Shown here: one piece after another, positions 18,738-28,090 of the stretch
Numbering within the stretch: position 1 is the first letter of the stretch
How the letters are laid out: each line of letters opens with the position of its first letter
NCBI GenBank assembly: GCA_965221165.1
Contig: CBDCRP010000003.1
Span: 1,728,001 to 1,792,000 of the forward strand
Length of the DNA: 64,000 bases
DNA from: a bacterium
GTDB lineage: Bacteria > UBA8248
Direction: 5' to 3'
Program-made: the position numbers and the translations under genes
The notes under the pieces: model-generated
What the model saw: only the letters and a program-made list of their open reading frames with translations
Told to the model about the DNA's origin: nothing
Databases searched by the model: none

Positions 18738-18861
18738 CACTCCCTTGAGGGTCAAACCCGACCGGTGAGGGAGGGTTTGCGTACCGTTGTTTTCCTCGTC
18801 CGTAGCAATCGCTCCTTCATCAGTCGCGTCAAACATTCATTCATCAATCGTGTTTGACCCC
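18738..18861. repeat. REP-like composite repeat
   Basis: CACTCCCTTGAGGGTCAAACCCGACCGGTGAGGGAGGGTTTGCG resembles 17268-17305; TCATCAGTCGCGTCAAACATTCATT...GTTTGA resembles 58227-58266. Confidence 0.6.
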
Positions 18862-18866
18862 ACCGA

Positions 18867-19709
18867 TTAGGTGATCGCCGGTGACCAGTCGTATATCCGC
18901 TGCAAGGCGCCTCCCATGAGATCCGCGCGCTCGTCATCGCTCAGGCGGTCCGTGAGGCGGAACGGCGTGACACCCTGCTCGTAGGTCAGCAGATTGACCG
19001 CGCGGGTCCAGTCGGTGCCCCACAGGCACCGATCGAAACCGAATGCGTCGAAGACCCGGCGGAGCGGGTCCCAGAGATCGTCGTAGGGGTAGGGCTCACA
19101 GGACAGCGTGCAGGCGCCGGTGATCTTCACGGCGACGTTGTCGTGATCCGCCAGATCCAGGAGCTTGGGGAGGTCGGCGAAGGGCGCAGGCGGCGCCGGC
19201 GGGTCGAAAGGCTGCTCCAGGCCCAGGTGATCGATGACCAGCATCGTGCTCGGGTGCTCGCGCGCATACCGCGCGGCATGCTCCAGCAAGCCCCAGCACA
19301 TGAGATTGACCGGCAGCGAGGCGCGGGCGGCGGCGGCGAGAACCCGGTCGATGCCCGGATGCTCCGGATCGAGGGGCAGGCCGGGGTTCAGCATGATCCG
19401 GACCCCCACCGCCCCCTCCTGCGCGGCCCAGTCGGCGATCGTTTCCGCGGCGGCGGGATCGGTCGGGTCGACCGGCTTGATCAAGGCGAACCGGCCCGGA
19501 TGCGCGGCATGAACCTCGAGCGCATAGCCGGCATCGTAGCGGTACAGGGCGAACGGCGAGATCAGCAGGGCGGCATCGACGCCGACCGTATCCATGGCCG
19601 CGACCATGCCGTCGCCGGTGACCTCGGGCGGTCCCGGCAGAACTCCGGCCCACGGCCGCCCCGGGCGGTCCCTTTCATAGGCGTGGACCTGAGCGTCGAT
19701 CGTCGGCAT
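18867..19709 (-). CDS. Amidohydrolase_2 family protein (LigI-like lactonase fold)
   Basis: IDAQVH, GAVGVR, VIDHLG, NVAVKITG, RCLWGTDW. Confidence 0.85.
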   Translation of the reverse strand: MPTIDAQVHAYERDRPGRPWAGVLPGPPEVTGDGMVAAMDTVGVDAALLISPFALYRYDAGYALEVHAAHPGRFALIKPVDPTDPAAAETIADWAAQEGAVGVRIMLNPGLPLDPEHPGIDRVLAAAARASLPVNLMCWGLLEHAARYAREHPSTMLVIDHLGLEQPFDPPAPPAPFADLPKLLDLADHDNVAVKITGACTLSCEPYPYDDLWDPLRRVFDAFGFDRCLWGTDWTRAVNLLTYEQGVTPFRLTDRLSDDERADLMGGALQRIYDWSPAIT

Positions 19710-19952
19710 GCCTTCTGTCCCCGTTCCCGGCGGGCAAGGGCGCAATGATTCCGTTTCGGTACGCTACCACATCGGCCACTCGAAGCGCACGGCTCGTCAC
19801 GGTCTCACACTCCCGGGTTCCGGCCGGGATAAAACCCTAAAGCGTTTTGGACCAGTACGGAGCTTGCCCCGACCTCCCGTGAGGAACTGCTTACGGAAGG
19901 GGTCGAGCGCCTTGTCGAGGCGCTCGGTGTAGCCGGAGAAAAATAATTGCAA

Positions 19953-20123
19953 AAGGGCCGGCAGGACGTGCTTCTCCGGCACGGAGCGGTACGCCGCGAC
20001 GGTGCCCGGCTGTAAGCGCGCGCCGGCGTGGACGCGCATGAAGCGCTCGGCCGGTCCGGCCACGGTGAGTTCCGCCTCGGGCGGCGCGGGCGCAGGGTCC
20101 GTGAGCGGCTCGCCTCGGCGCAG
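19953..20123 (-). pseudogene. Tyrosine integrase N-terminal fragment
   Basis: LRRGEPLTDPAPAPPEAELTVAGPAERFMRVHAGARLQPGTVAAYRSVPEKHVLPAL resembles the linker and SAM-like core-binding region of phage integrases; no catalytic domain follows. Confidence 0.6.
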
Positions 20124-20402
20124 GCATGTCTGGTGAAGATGGAAGTCAACGCTCCGGAGACGCCCCCTGCGCCGGAGTAGGAAAATTCCACTTTTTTCGC
20201 ATATTTTTTCTCTCGCGCATTTGCCCGCAGCACACCGCGCCTGCCCGCATTTGCGTGAGAAAGGGCGCTACTTTCGGATGGCGCCGAAGCTGAATCCCGT
20301 GATGAGGTGCTTCTGGATAAGGACGCCGAGGATGACCACGGGAACGGTGATGACGGTTCCTATCGCCGCCCGGGGACCGTAGAGCCTTCCCTCCGGCGCG
20401 CT
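20095..20402. repeat. Direct repeat copy 1: duplicated 3' end of the sugar permease gene plus downstream DNA
   Basis: Aligns with 24269-24579; encodes EGRLYGPRAAIGTVITVPVVILGVLIQKHLITGFSFGAIRK* on the minus strand. Confidence 0.92.
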
Positions 20403-23400
20403 AGGCGTCGCCGACGACGACCAGCAGATCCTTGGTGTTGACCGTGGTGCCGGCCGGCGCAACGACCTCCTGGACGACGCCGCTCCGCTCGGCGCAGATC
20501 ACGGTTTCCATCTTCATCGCCTCGATCGCCACCAACACGTCGCCCTCCTCGACCGCCTCGCCTTCGGCGAAGAACACCTTGACCACCATCCCCGGCATCG
20601 GCGCGCCGAGGTGGCCGGGGTCGCCTTCCTCGGCCTTGGGCAGCGCCGTGCTCGCGGCGGCGGCGCTGCGGTCGGCGACGCGCACCGTCCGGGGCTGTCC
20701 GTTCAACTCGAAGAAGACCGTGCATTCGCCCTTCCGGTCGGTCTCGCTGCGCGCGAGATAGCGGATGAACAGGGTGCGCCCGCGCTCGATGTCGACGGCG
20801 ATCTCCTCGCCCGGCTCCATGCCGTAGAAATAAACCGGGGTCGGCAGCACGCTGACGTCGCCGTATTTGCGCCGCGCGGCGGCGTAGTCGGCGAAAACCT
20901 GCGGGTACATCAGCCAGGACGCGAACTCGGCATCGCTGATCGGGCGCTGGGCCTTCCTTTCGGCTTCCTCGCGGCAGGCTTCGAGATCGGCGTCGGACAT
21001 CACCGAGCCGGGCCGCACGGTGATCGGCTCCCTTCCTTTGAGGATCTTCTCCTGCAGGGCGCGCGGGAATCCGCCGTGCGGCTGCCCCAGCTCGCCCGCG
21101 AACAGCGAGACCACCGATTCCGGAAAGGCAATCTCGCGCTCGGGGTCGGCCACGTCTTCCGGCGTCAGCCCGCCCGTCACCATCATCAGCGCCATGTCGC
21201 CGACCACCTTGGAGGAGGGCGTGACCTTCACGATGTCGCCGAACATGCGGTTGACCTCGGTATAGGTCCGCGAGACCTCCGGCCAGCGCTGGTTGTCGAT
21301 ACCCAGCGCCCGCGCCTGCTCGCGCAGATTGGTGTACTGGCCGCCCGGAATTTCGTGGTTGTAGACATCCGACGTGCCGGCGCGGAAATCGCTCTCGAAG
21401 GCGCGATAGAGGTTTCGCACCTGCTCCCAATAGGTGGACAGCGTCATCACCGTATCGGGGTCGATTCCGGGGTCGCGCGCGGAGTGGCGCAAAGCCGCGG
21501 TGATCGAGCCGAAGCTCGGCTGCGAGGTGAGCCCGCTCATCGAATCCATCGCCGCATCCACGGCATCCACCCCGGCCTCCACCGCGGCGAGCACGCTCGC
21601 GGCGGAAATCCCGCTGGTGTCGTGGGTGTGGAAGTGGATGGGGATGCCGATCTCCTGCCTCAGGGTTTCGACGAGGATCCGGGCCGCCGCCGGCTTGCAC
21701 AGACCCGCCATGTCCTTGAGGCCCAGGATATGGGCGCCCGCGGCCTCGAGCTCGCGGGCGAGCGCGACATAGTACCCGAGGTCGTACTTGGTGCGGTTGG
21801 GGTCGGTGATGTCGCCGGTGTAGCAGATCGCCGCCTCGCAGAGCTTGCCGGTCTCCAGCACCGCGTCCATCGCCGGGCGCATGTTCTCGACCCAGTTGAG
21901 CGAATCGAAGATGCGGAACAGGTCGACCCCGTTCTCGGCCGATTGGCGCACGAAATAGCGCACCACATTGTCGGGATAGGTGGTGTAGCCGACGCCGTTC
22001 GACGCGCGCAGCAGCATCTGGGTCAGGAGGTTGGGCATCGCGGCGCGCAGCCGTTCGAGCCACGTCCAGGGACATTCGTCGAGAAAGCGCATCGCCACGT
22101 CGAAGGTCGCGCCGCCCCAGCATTCGACCGAGAGAAGCTGGGGCAGCAGCCGCGCATAGGCCGGCGCGATGGCGAGAAGGTCATAGCTCCGGACCCGTGT
22201 CGCCAGCAGCGACTGATGCGCGTCCCGGAACGTGGTGTCGGTCATCAGCACCCGTTCCTGGTCGCGCATCCACCGGGCGAAACCCTCAGGGCCGAGGGCA
22301 TCGAGCAGCTGGCGCGAACCGTCCGGGACCTCGACGCCGGGGACCTCCGGCGCGCTCGGAGTCTGGCGCGTCGGCGGTTCGGGCCGGCCTTCGACGGCGC
22401 CGTTGCCGTTGACGATCACCTCCCCCAGATAGCGCAGCAGCCGGGTCGCGCGGTCCCGCCTGTAGACGAAGCTGAACAACTCCGGCGTCTCGTCGACGAA
22501 GCGCGTCGTGCAAGCGCCTTCCAGGAACTGCGGATGGCCGATGACGTTCTCGAGAAAGGCGAGGTTGGTGGCGACGCCGCGGATGCGGAATTCACGGAGC
22601 GCCCGGTCCATCCGCCGGATCGCCTCATCCAGCGTCGGCGCCCAGGCCGTCACCTTCTCCAGCAGCGAGTCGTAGAACGGCGTGATCCGCGCGCCCGAAT
22701 AGGCGGTGCCGCCGTCTAGGCGCACGCCGAACCCGGTAGCGCCGCGATAGGCGGTGAGCACCCCGTAATCCGGAATAAAGTTGTTCTCCGGGTCCTCGGT
22801 GGTCACCCGGCATTGCATGGCATGGCCGTTCACCCGGATGTCACCCTGGCTCGGGATTCCGCTCTCAGGCGCGCCGATCACGGCCCCGTCGGCGATGCGG
22901 ATCTGCGCCTTCACCAGGTCGACGCCGGTCACCACCTCGGTGACCGTGTGCTCGACCTGGATGCGCGGATTGACCTCGATGAAGTGGAACGCGCCGGTGT
23001 CGTCGTCGACCAGGAACTCGACGGTGCCGGCATTGTCGTAGCCCACCGCGCGGCCGATCTCGAGCGCGCTCTCGTGGATCGCCGCGCGGGTCGCCGCGTC
23101 GAGATAATGCGCCGGCGCGCGCTCGACGATCTTCTGGTTGCGCCGCTGCACCGAGCAGTCCCTCTCGTGGAGATGCACCAGGTTGCCGTGATTGTCGCCG
23201 AGGATCTGGACCTCGACGTGCCGCGCGCGGCGAATCAGTTTTTCGAGATAGACCTCGTCGTTCCCGAACGCCGCCAGGCACTCGCGCCGCGCGGCCTCGA
23301 CTCCGTCGGCGAGCTCGGCCTCGCTCTCGATCGCGCGCATGCCGCGCCCGCCGCCGCCCCAGCTCGCCTTGAGCATGACGGGAAAACCGACCTCCCGGGC

Positions 23401-23865
23401 GAGACGCGCGGCCTCCTCCGGGTCGCGGGGGAGCGGGCCGGTCGCCGGAACCACCGGAACGCCGGCCGATTGCGCGATCTCCCGCGCCGCCACCTTGTTG
23501 CCGAGTGCGCGCATGATCTCGGGCCGCGGGCCGACGAAGGCGACATCTGCGTTCGCACACGCCTCGGCAAAGTCCGGGTTCTCGGACAGGAAGCCATAGC
23601 CCGGGTGGATCGCATCGGCGGCGTTCTCGCGCGCAACGCGGATCACCTCGTCGATGCTGAGGTAGGCCTCGATCGGGCCCATTCCCCGGCCCACCGGATA
23701 GGCCTCGTCGGCCTTGAAGCGGTGCAGCGCGAAGCGGTCCTCTTGTGAGTAGATCGCGATCGTCATGATGCCGAGCTCGACCGCGGCGCGCAGCACGCGG
23801 ATGGCGATTTCGCTCCGGTTGGCGACCAGGATACGGCGGAAATTGGTCTGCGGCTTGCTAATCAT
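20401..23865 (-). CDS. pyc: Pyruvate carboxylase
   Basis: BC domain (ANRSEIAIR, HPGYGFLSEN, RDCSVQRR), CT domain (DTTFRDAHQSL, WGGATFD, HFHTHD, IVKVTPSSKVVGD), biotin site EAMKME. Confidence 0.97.
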   Translation of the reverse strand: MISKPQTNFRRILVANRSEIAIRVLRAAVELGIMTIAIYSQEDRFALHRFKADEAYPVGRGMGPIEAYLSIDEVIRVARENAADAIHPGYGFLSENPDFAEACANADVAFVGPRPEIMRALGNKVAAREIAQSAGVPVVPATGPLPRDPEEAARLAREVGFPVMLKASWGGGGRGMRAIESEAELADGVEAARRECLAAFGNDEVYLEKLIRRARHVEVQILGDNHGNLVHLHERDCSVQRRNQKIVERAPAHYLDAATRAAIHESALEIGRAVGYDNAGTVEFLVDDDTGAFHFIEVNPRIQVEHTVTEVVTGVDLVKAQIRIADGAVIGAPESGIPSQGDIRVNGHAMQCRVTTEDPENNFIPDYGVLTAYRGATGFGVRLDGGTAYSGARITPFYDSLLEKVTAWAPTLDEAIRRMDRALREFRIRGVATNLAFLENVIGHPQFLEGACTTRFVDETPELFSFVYRRDRATRLLRYLGEVIVNGNGAVEGRPEPPTRQTPSAPEVPGVEVPDGSRQLLDALGPEGFARWMRDQERVLMTDTTFRDAHQSLLATRVRSYDLLAIAPAYARLLPQLLSVECWGGATFDVAMRFLDECPWTWLERLRAAMPNLLTQMLLRASNGVGYTTYPDNVVRYFVRQSAENGVDLFRIFDSLNWVENMRPAMDAVLETGKLCEAAICYTGDITDPNRTKYDLGYYVALARELEAAGAHILGLKDMAGLCKPAAARILVETLRQEIGIPIHFHTHDTSGISAASVLAAVEAGVDAVDAAMDSMSGLTSQPSFGSITAALRHSARDPGIDPDTVMTLSTYWEQVRNLYRAFESDFRAGTSDVYNHEIPGGQYTNLREQARALGIDNQRWPEVSRTYTEVNRMFGDIVKVTPSSKVVGDMALMMVTGGLTPEDVADPEREIAFPESVVSLFAGELGQPHGGFPRALQEKILKGREPITVRPGSVMSDADLEACREEAERKAQRPISDAEFASWLMYPQVFADYAAARRKYGDVSVLPTPVYFYGMEPGEEIAVDIERGRTLFIRYLARSETDRKGECTVFFELNGQPRTVRVADRSAAAASTALPKAEEGDPGHLGAPMPGMVVKVFFAEGEAVEEGDVLVAIEAMKMETVICAERSGVVQEVVAPAGTTVNTKDLLVVVGDA

Positions 23866-24268
23866 ATCGCTCCCTGTGCGCCCACGCGGAGCCTCCGCCC
23901 GCCGGTCCGCGGTTCGGGCTCCGGTAACCGTCCGGACCGGTTGGCGTCTCGTGAATCATCCGGGTCGAAAACCTGTACCAAACCGGTGTCCGCCAAGGTT
24001 GGAGGCCGAGTCGTCGACCTGTCCCATCCTTCATGACATGGGCGCTCTCGCCCCTGATACCGAAGCCAGTCTGCGTCGGCTCTTCCCGGCAACTTCTTAG
24101 AACCCGCAGAGGACGGATTTTCGCATGTTGTTGCGTAACCGGCCAACGCCACCCGGACAAGTCCGCTCCGGTGAGGGTTCGGAGGGAGCGGGGCCGGCTC
24201 GAGGGAGGTGGAGAGGTCGAAGGAAGCGCTGGGATCGGGTGAAGGGCGAGCGCCAGAGGCCGAAAGCC

Positions 24269-24579
24269 GGGTCCGTGATCGGCTTGCCTCGGTGCAGGCA
24301 TATCTGGTGAAGATGGAAGTCAACGCTCCGGAGACGGCCCCCGCGCCGGAGTAGGAAAATTCCACTTTTTTCGCATATTTTTCTCTCGCGCATTTGCCCG
24401 CAGCACACCGCGCCTGCCCGCATTTGCGGGCCTGAGAAAGGGCGCTACTTTCGGATGGTGCCGAAACTGAATCCCGTGACGAGGTGTTTCTGGATAAGGA
24501 CGCCGAGAATGACCACGGGAAGGGTGATGACGGTTCCTATCGCAGCCTGCGGTCCGTAGAGTCTTCCCTCCATCGCGCT
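24269..24579. repeat. Direct repeat copy 2 (overlaps 3' end of the intact permease gene)
   Basis: Aligns with 20095-20402. Confidence 0.92.
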
Positions 24580-25413
24580 CTGGAACTTGTTGAGCAGGAT
24601 GGGCAGCGTGATGACGTTCGGCTGGGTCAGCGTCAGGGCGAGCAAAAACTCGCTCCAGTTCAGGATGAAGATGAACAGGAAGGTCACCACCATGCCCGGC
24701 GCAACCAGGGGCACGACCACGCGGCGCAGCGTGTAGATGCGGCCCGCGCCCATGATTTGCGCGGCGTGCTCGATGGTTTTGGGCACCTCCTCGATGAAGT
24801 TCAGCATCATCCAGATGACGAACGGCAACGTGGTCGCCGTGTAGAGGAGGCCCAGGCCGATGTAGGTGTCGATCATGCTGATTCTAATCCCGAGGACCGA
24901 TTGGGTGGTGAACGGAATCAGGATGGCGTAGTACATCACGACGGGAATCGCGATGATGATGGGCGGGACCATGCGGATGGTCAGAATCATATAGCGGAAA
25001 TACTTTCCGCCGACGCTGAACCTCGATATCGAATAGGCCAGAAACGTGCCCAGCAGGAGCGCGAACAGCGCGCTGATGGAGGAGATGAGCATCGAATCCC
25101 GCACCGCTCCCCAGATGGTGTAGGCCTGATCGGTGGCTTCGCGGCTGAGGCCTTCGCCGTGCCCGACCACGCTGAAAATCTGCCGGTAGTTCAGCAGAGT
25201 GGGTTCATACCCCCCGCCTAAGAAGGTCGGAAACCAGTTCGGCGGCCAGGCCACCCAGTCGCCCGAATCCTTGAAGGAGGTCGATATCATCCAGAAGATC
25301 GGGAACATGATCATGACCGCCCAGCCCAGCAGCGCGGCGTGGCGGAGCCAGAAGAAGAGGTTGTAGCGCTTGGCGAAGGACATTTCCTCGCGCATGCCTG
25401 CGTCGTTCGTCAT
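24445..25413 (-). CDS. Carbohydrate ABC transporter permease (MalG-like)
   Basis: FPIFWMISTSFK, EAA loop IEHAAQIMGA, WSEFLLAL. Confidence 0.9.
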   Translation of the reverse strand: MTNDAGMREEMSFAKRYNLFFWLRHAALLGWAVMIMFPIFWMISTSFKDSGDWVAWPPNWFPTFLGGGYEPTLLNYRQIFSVVGHGEGLSREATDQAYTIWGAVRDSMLISSISALFALLLGTFLAYSISRFSVGGKYFRYMILTIRMVPPIIIAIPVVMYYAILIPFTTQSVLGIRISMIDTYIGLGLLYTATTLPFVIWMMLNFIEEVPKTIEHAAQIMGAGRIYTLRRVVVPLVAPGMVVTFLFIFILNWSEFLLALTLTQPNVITLPILLNKFQSAMEGRLYGPQAAIGTVITLPVVILGVLIQKHLVTGFSFGTIRK

Positions 25414-26360
25414 CCCATTCGCTCCTCTTCGACGATGGAACGCTCACGGACGAGCAGATAAATGCCGTAGAAGATGAGTCCCCCGAACATGAAGAGCAGC
25501 AGCACCGAGGCGGCCGCGCCGAAGCTGTACTTGTTGAACTGCCACACCTGGCGCCAGAGGAAGAACGCGATGGTTTCAGTCGAAGTGCCCGGCCCGCCGA
25601 AGGTGAGCAGCACGGACAGATCGAAGAGTTTGAGCGCCTCCATCGATCGAATGATGACGGCGATCATGATCGCGGGCTTTAACAGCGGGAGGTGGACTTT
25701 CCAGAATATCTGCCACCTGCTCGCTCCCAGAACGCGCGCGGCGTTGGTGAGTTGCTGTGGAAGCGCGGCGAAGCCAGAGAGAAAAATCAGGAACGTCAAT
25801 GATGTCCACTGCCATACGTCGGCGAGGATGATCGCCCACTGCGCGGCGATGGGGTGAGAGAGCCAGCGGATGCGCGGGTTCACGCCCATGGCTTCGGTGA
25901 TCGGAGCCAAAAGCTGGTTGAGGGGCCCTGAGTCGATGTAGATCATCGAAAAGTTGTAGCCCCCCACGACCGGAACCACCATCATGGGAATCAGGAAAAT
26001 GGTGATGTAAATCCGCCTCCCCCGGAACTGTCTGTAGGCCAGCATGGCGAGAAGAAAACCGAAGAGCAACTCGAGGGTGACCGCCGTTCCCGCGAAATAA
26101 AAGGTTCGCCCGAGGGCCCACCAGAAATCTTCGGTGGTGAGGACGCGGACATAATTCAATAAGCCGTGAAAATAAGCCTGCTCAAACGGACGGTTGGCGC
26201 GCCATTTGAGGAGGCTGATGTAGATGGTGAGTATAAAAGGAACAGCGAGAAGCAGGAGGAAGGTCGCCTCCACCATGATAAACGGAATCAGGCGGAACAC
26301 CTTCTCCTGCGAGAGCCAGGCGGAGAGACTTTTTCGCTGCTTTATCGACGCTTGGGCCAT
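25410..26360 (-). CDS. Carbohydrate ABC transporter permease (MalF-like)
   Basis: GLLNY, DVWQWT, AARVLGAS, LTFGGPG. Confidence 0.9.
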   Translation of the reverse strand: MAQASIKQRKSLSAWLSQEKVFRLIPFIMVEATFLLLLAVPFILTIYISLLKWRANRPFEQAYFHGLLNYVRVLTTEDFWWALGRTFYFAGTAVTLELLFGFLLAMLAYRQFRGRRIYITIFLIPMMVVPVVGGYNFSMIYIDSGPLNQLLAPITEAMGVNPRIRWLSHPIAAQWAIILADVWQWTSLTFLIFLSGFAALPQQLTNAARVLGASRWQIFWKVHLPLLKPAIMIAVIIRSMEALKLFDLSVLLTFGGPGTSTETIAFFLWRQVWQFNKYSFGAAASVLLLFMFGGLIFYGIYLLVRERSIVEEERMG

Positions 26361-26444
26361 TTTTCCGTCTTTATCTCAACGTGTATCGCGCAAGGCGCCT
26401 GCCCCGGCTTGGTGCGCCGGAGCAGGCGCTCTTGAGCGCGGTGC

Positions 26445-27923
26445 TTAATTCGTCGGTGCGAACTTGTCGATATAGGCGCCGCTGGCGACGCTCGCTCTCC
26501 AAGCCGCGATCTGCTCTTTCCTGCCGATGTCGTCGGTTATCCGGTTCCAGCCTTTCTCGATGTTTTTCGCCGCCTGTGCAGCGGAGATGTTGCCCTGCAT
26601 GACCTGGGCCAAGTTCTTGTCGAGCACGTTGAAGTACTCGTAGTTACCCTCGATCATGAGAAGGGAAATGGCGTTTTTCGCATTTTTCAGCGTCATCTTG
26701 ACGAAAGGTTCGGTGTGCTTGGCGAGCACGGCCTTGTTCGTCAGGTTCGAGGCGCGCATCGGGTCCCAGAAGCCCGCGGGATCGGCGATGGCTATGTCGC
26801 CTTGGGTCGGGCCCGTGAACCACTGGATGAAGTAGTAGGCGAGCTCGGGGTGCTTGCTGTGCGCGTTCACCATGTAGCCGGTGCCGGCCGCCTGGGGAGC
26901 GCGACGAACCATCTTGCCGCTCGCTCCTTTCACGGCGGGAGCCGGGCAGGCGAGCTGATGGCCGCTGATCTTGCTCTTCGGGCTGCGGTTGGCGTAGCCC
27001 ATCGCCGAGGGGAAGGACATGAAGGAGAAGGCCCGTCCACTACCCCAGTGAGGATACAACTGCGGCGTTCCCCAACCCTGCACGTCGGGAGGCATGTACT
27101 TGACGAGGGAGGAGAATTCCTTGATGGCCCGGATGCCGTTCGGGCTGTTGACGGTGGGGTTCATGTTCTTGTCGAAGAGCAGTCCGCCCAGATATGCCGG
27201 GAAATGCCGGTAGGAGAAGTTGATGCTCCGGTAGGCCTGGGCGCCGTAGAGCGGCTGGTCGAACTTTTTGCCCCAGCGGGTCTGGCCCTTTTTCGTGTGG
27301 AAGAATTTGGCCATCTGTTCCCACTCGGCCATCGTGTCGGGACACCCGGGCGCCTTGCCGAACTTGGCCTTGTATTCGGCCGCGCCCAGCTTCATGATGT
27401 CCGAGCGCAGGAACAAGGCGAGGTGGTCGCCGTCGAGAATGAACCAGTAGGTTTTCTCCTTGTATTTCTGCTGCGCCAGCAGGCCGGAGTCGATGCCCGT
27501 AAAATCGGGTTTCCCCTTGGCCATGTAGGCGTCGAGCGGCTGAAGAGTGCCCGCGCCCACCGCGTCGGGGATGACGTAGGGGAAGTGGTTGATGACGTCG
27601 TAGTTCCCCGTCTTCGCCACGGCTTCCGCCATGATTTTGGCCGGGATGTCGGTGTAGCCGTACTGGATGGTCTTGATCTTGACGCCGGTGAGCTTCTCCC
27701 ATTCCCTGAGATATTTCGGTTGGGAGTTTTTGAAGAGCGAAATCAGAAGCATGGTCTGGGTCGGATTCTTCAGATTATGCTTCTTGACGTACGCTTTCGC
27801 TCCGTTGATGGCGCGCTCCTCGACCGTCTTTCCGGGGTGCACCATCATGGCGGCGATAGCCGTTGAGGCCACGAATGCCGTGAAGCCGATCAGAATCAGT
27901 GTTGCGAGAATGATTCTCTTCAT
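26445..27923 (-). CDS. Extracellular solute-binding protein (CUT1 sugar family)
   Basis: Signal peptide, WEKLTGVKI, LFLRSD, PDTMAEW; GGAGGAGG RBS before ATG 27923. Confidence 0.85.
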   Translation of the reverse strand: MKRIILATLILIGFTAFVASTAIAAMMVHPGKTVEERAINGAKAYVKKHNLKNPTQTMLLISLFKNSQPKYLREWEKLTGVKIKTIQYGYTDIPAKIMAEAVAKTGNYDVINHFPYVIPDAVGAGTLQPLDAYMAKGKPDFTGIDSGLLAQQKYKEKTYWFILDGDHLALFLRSDIMKLGAAEYKAKFGKAPGCPDTMAEWEQMAKFFHTKKGQTRWGKKFDQPLYGAQAYRSINFSYRHFPAYLGGLLFDKNMNPTVNSPNGIRAIKEFSSLVKYMPPDVQGWGTPQLYPHWGSGRAFSFMSFPSAMGYANRSPKSKISGHQLACPAPAVKGASGKMVRRAPQAAGTGYMVNAHSKHPELAYYFIQWFTGPTQGDIAIADPAGFWDPMRASNLTNKAVLAKHTEPFVKMTLKNAKNAISLLMIEGNYEYFNVLDKNLAQVMQGNISAAQAAKNIEKGWNRITDDIGRKEQIAAWRASVASGAYIDKFAPTN

Positions 27924-28090
27924 CTTGATTCCTCCTCCCTCCGTGTTTGGAAAGGCGATGACTTGCTTCCGAATCGCCGAGATCGAACACAAAAATTCGT
28001 GTAACAAGTTGTTTCCAGCTACGTTGCAACTTCCATGCTACGCTGAATTTTCCAAACCTTCGCTTTTTTCGTACTTTCCGGCGCGGGCTT

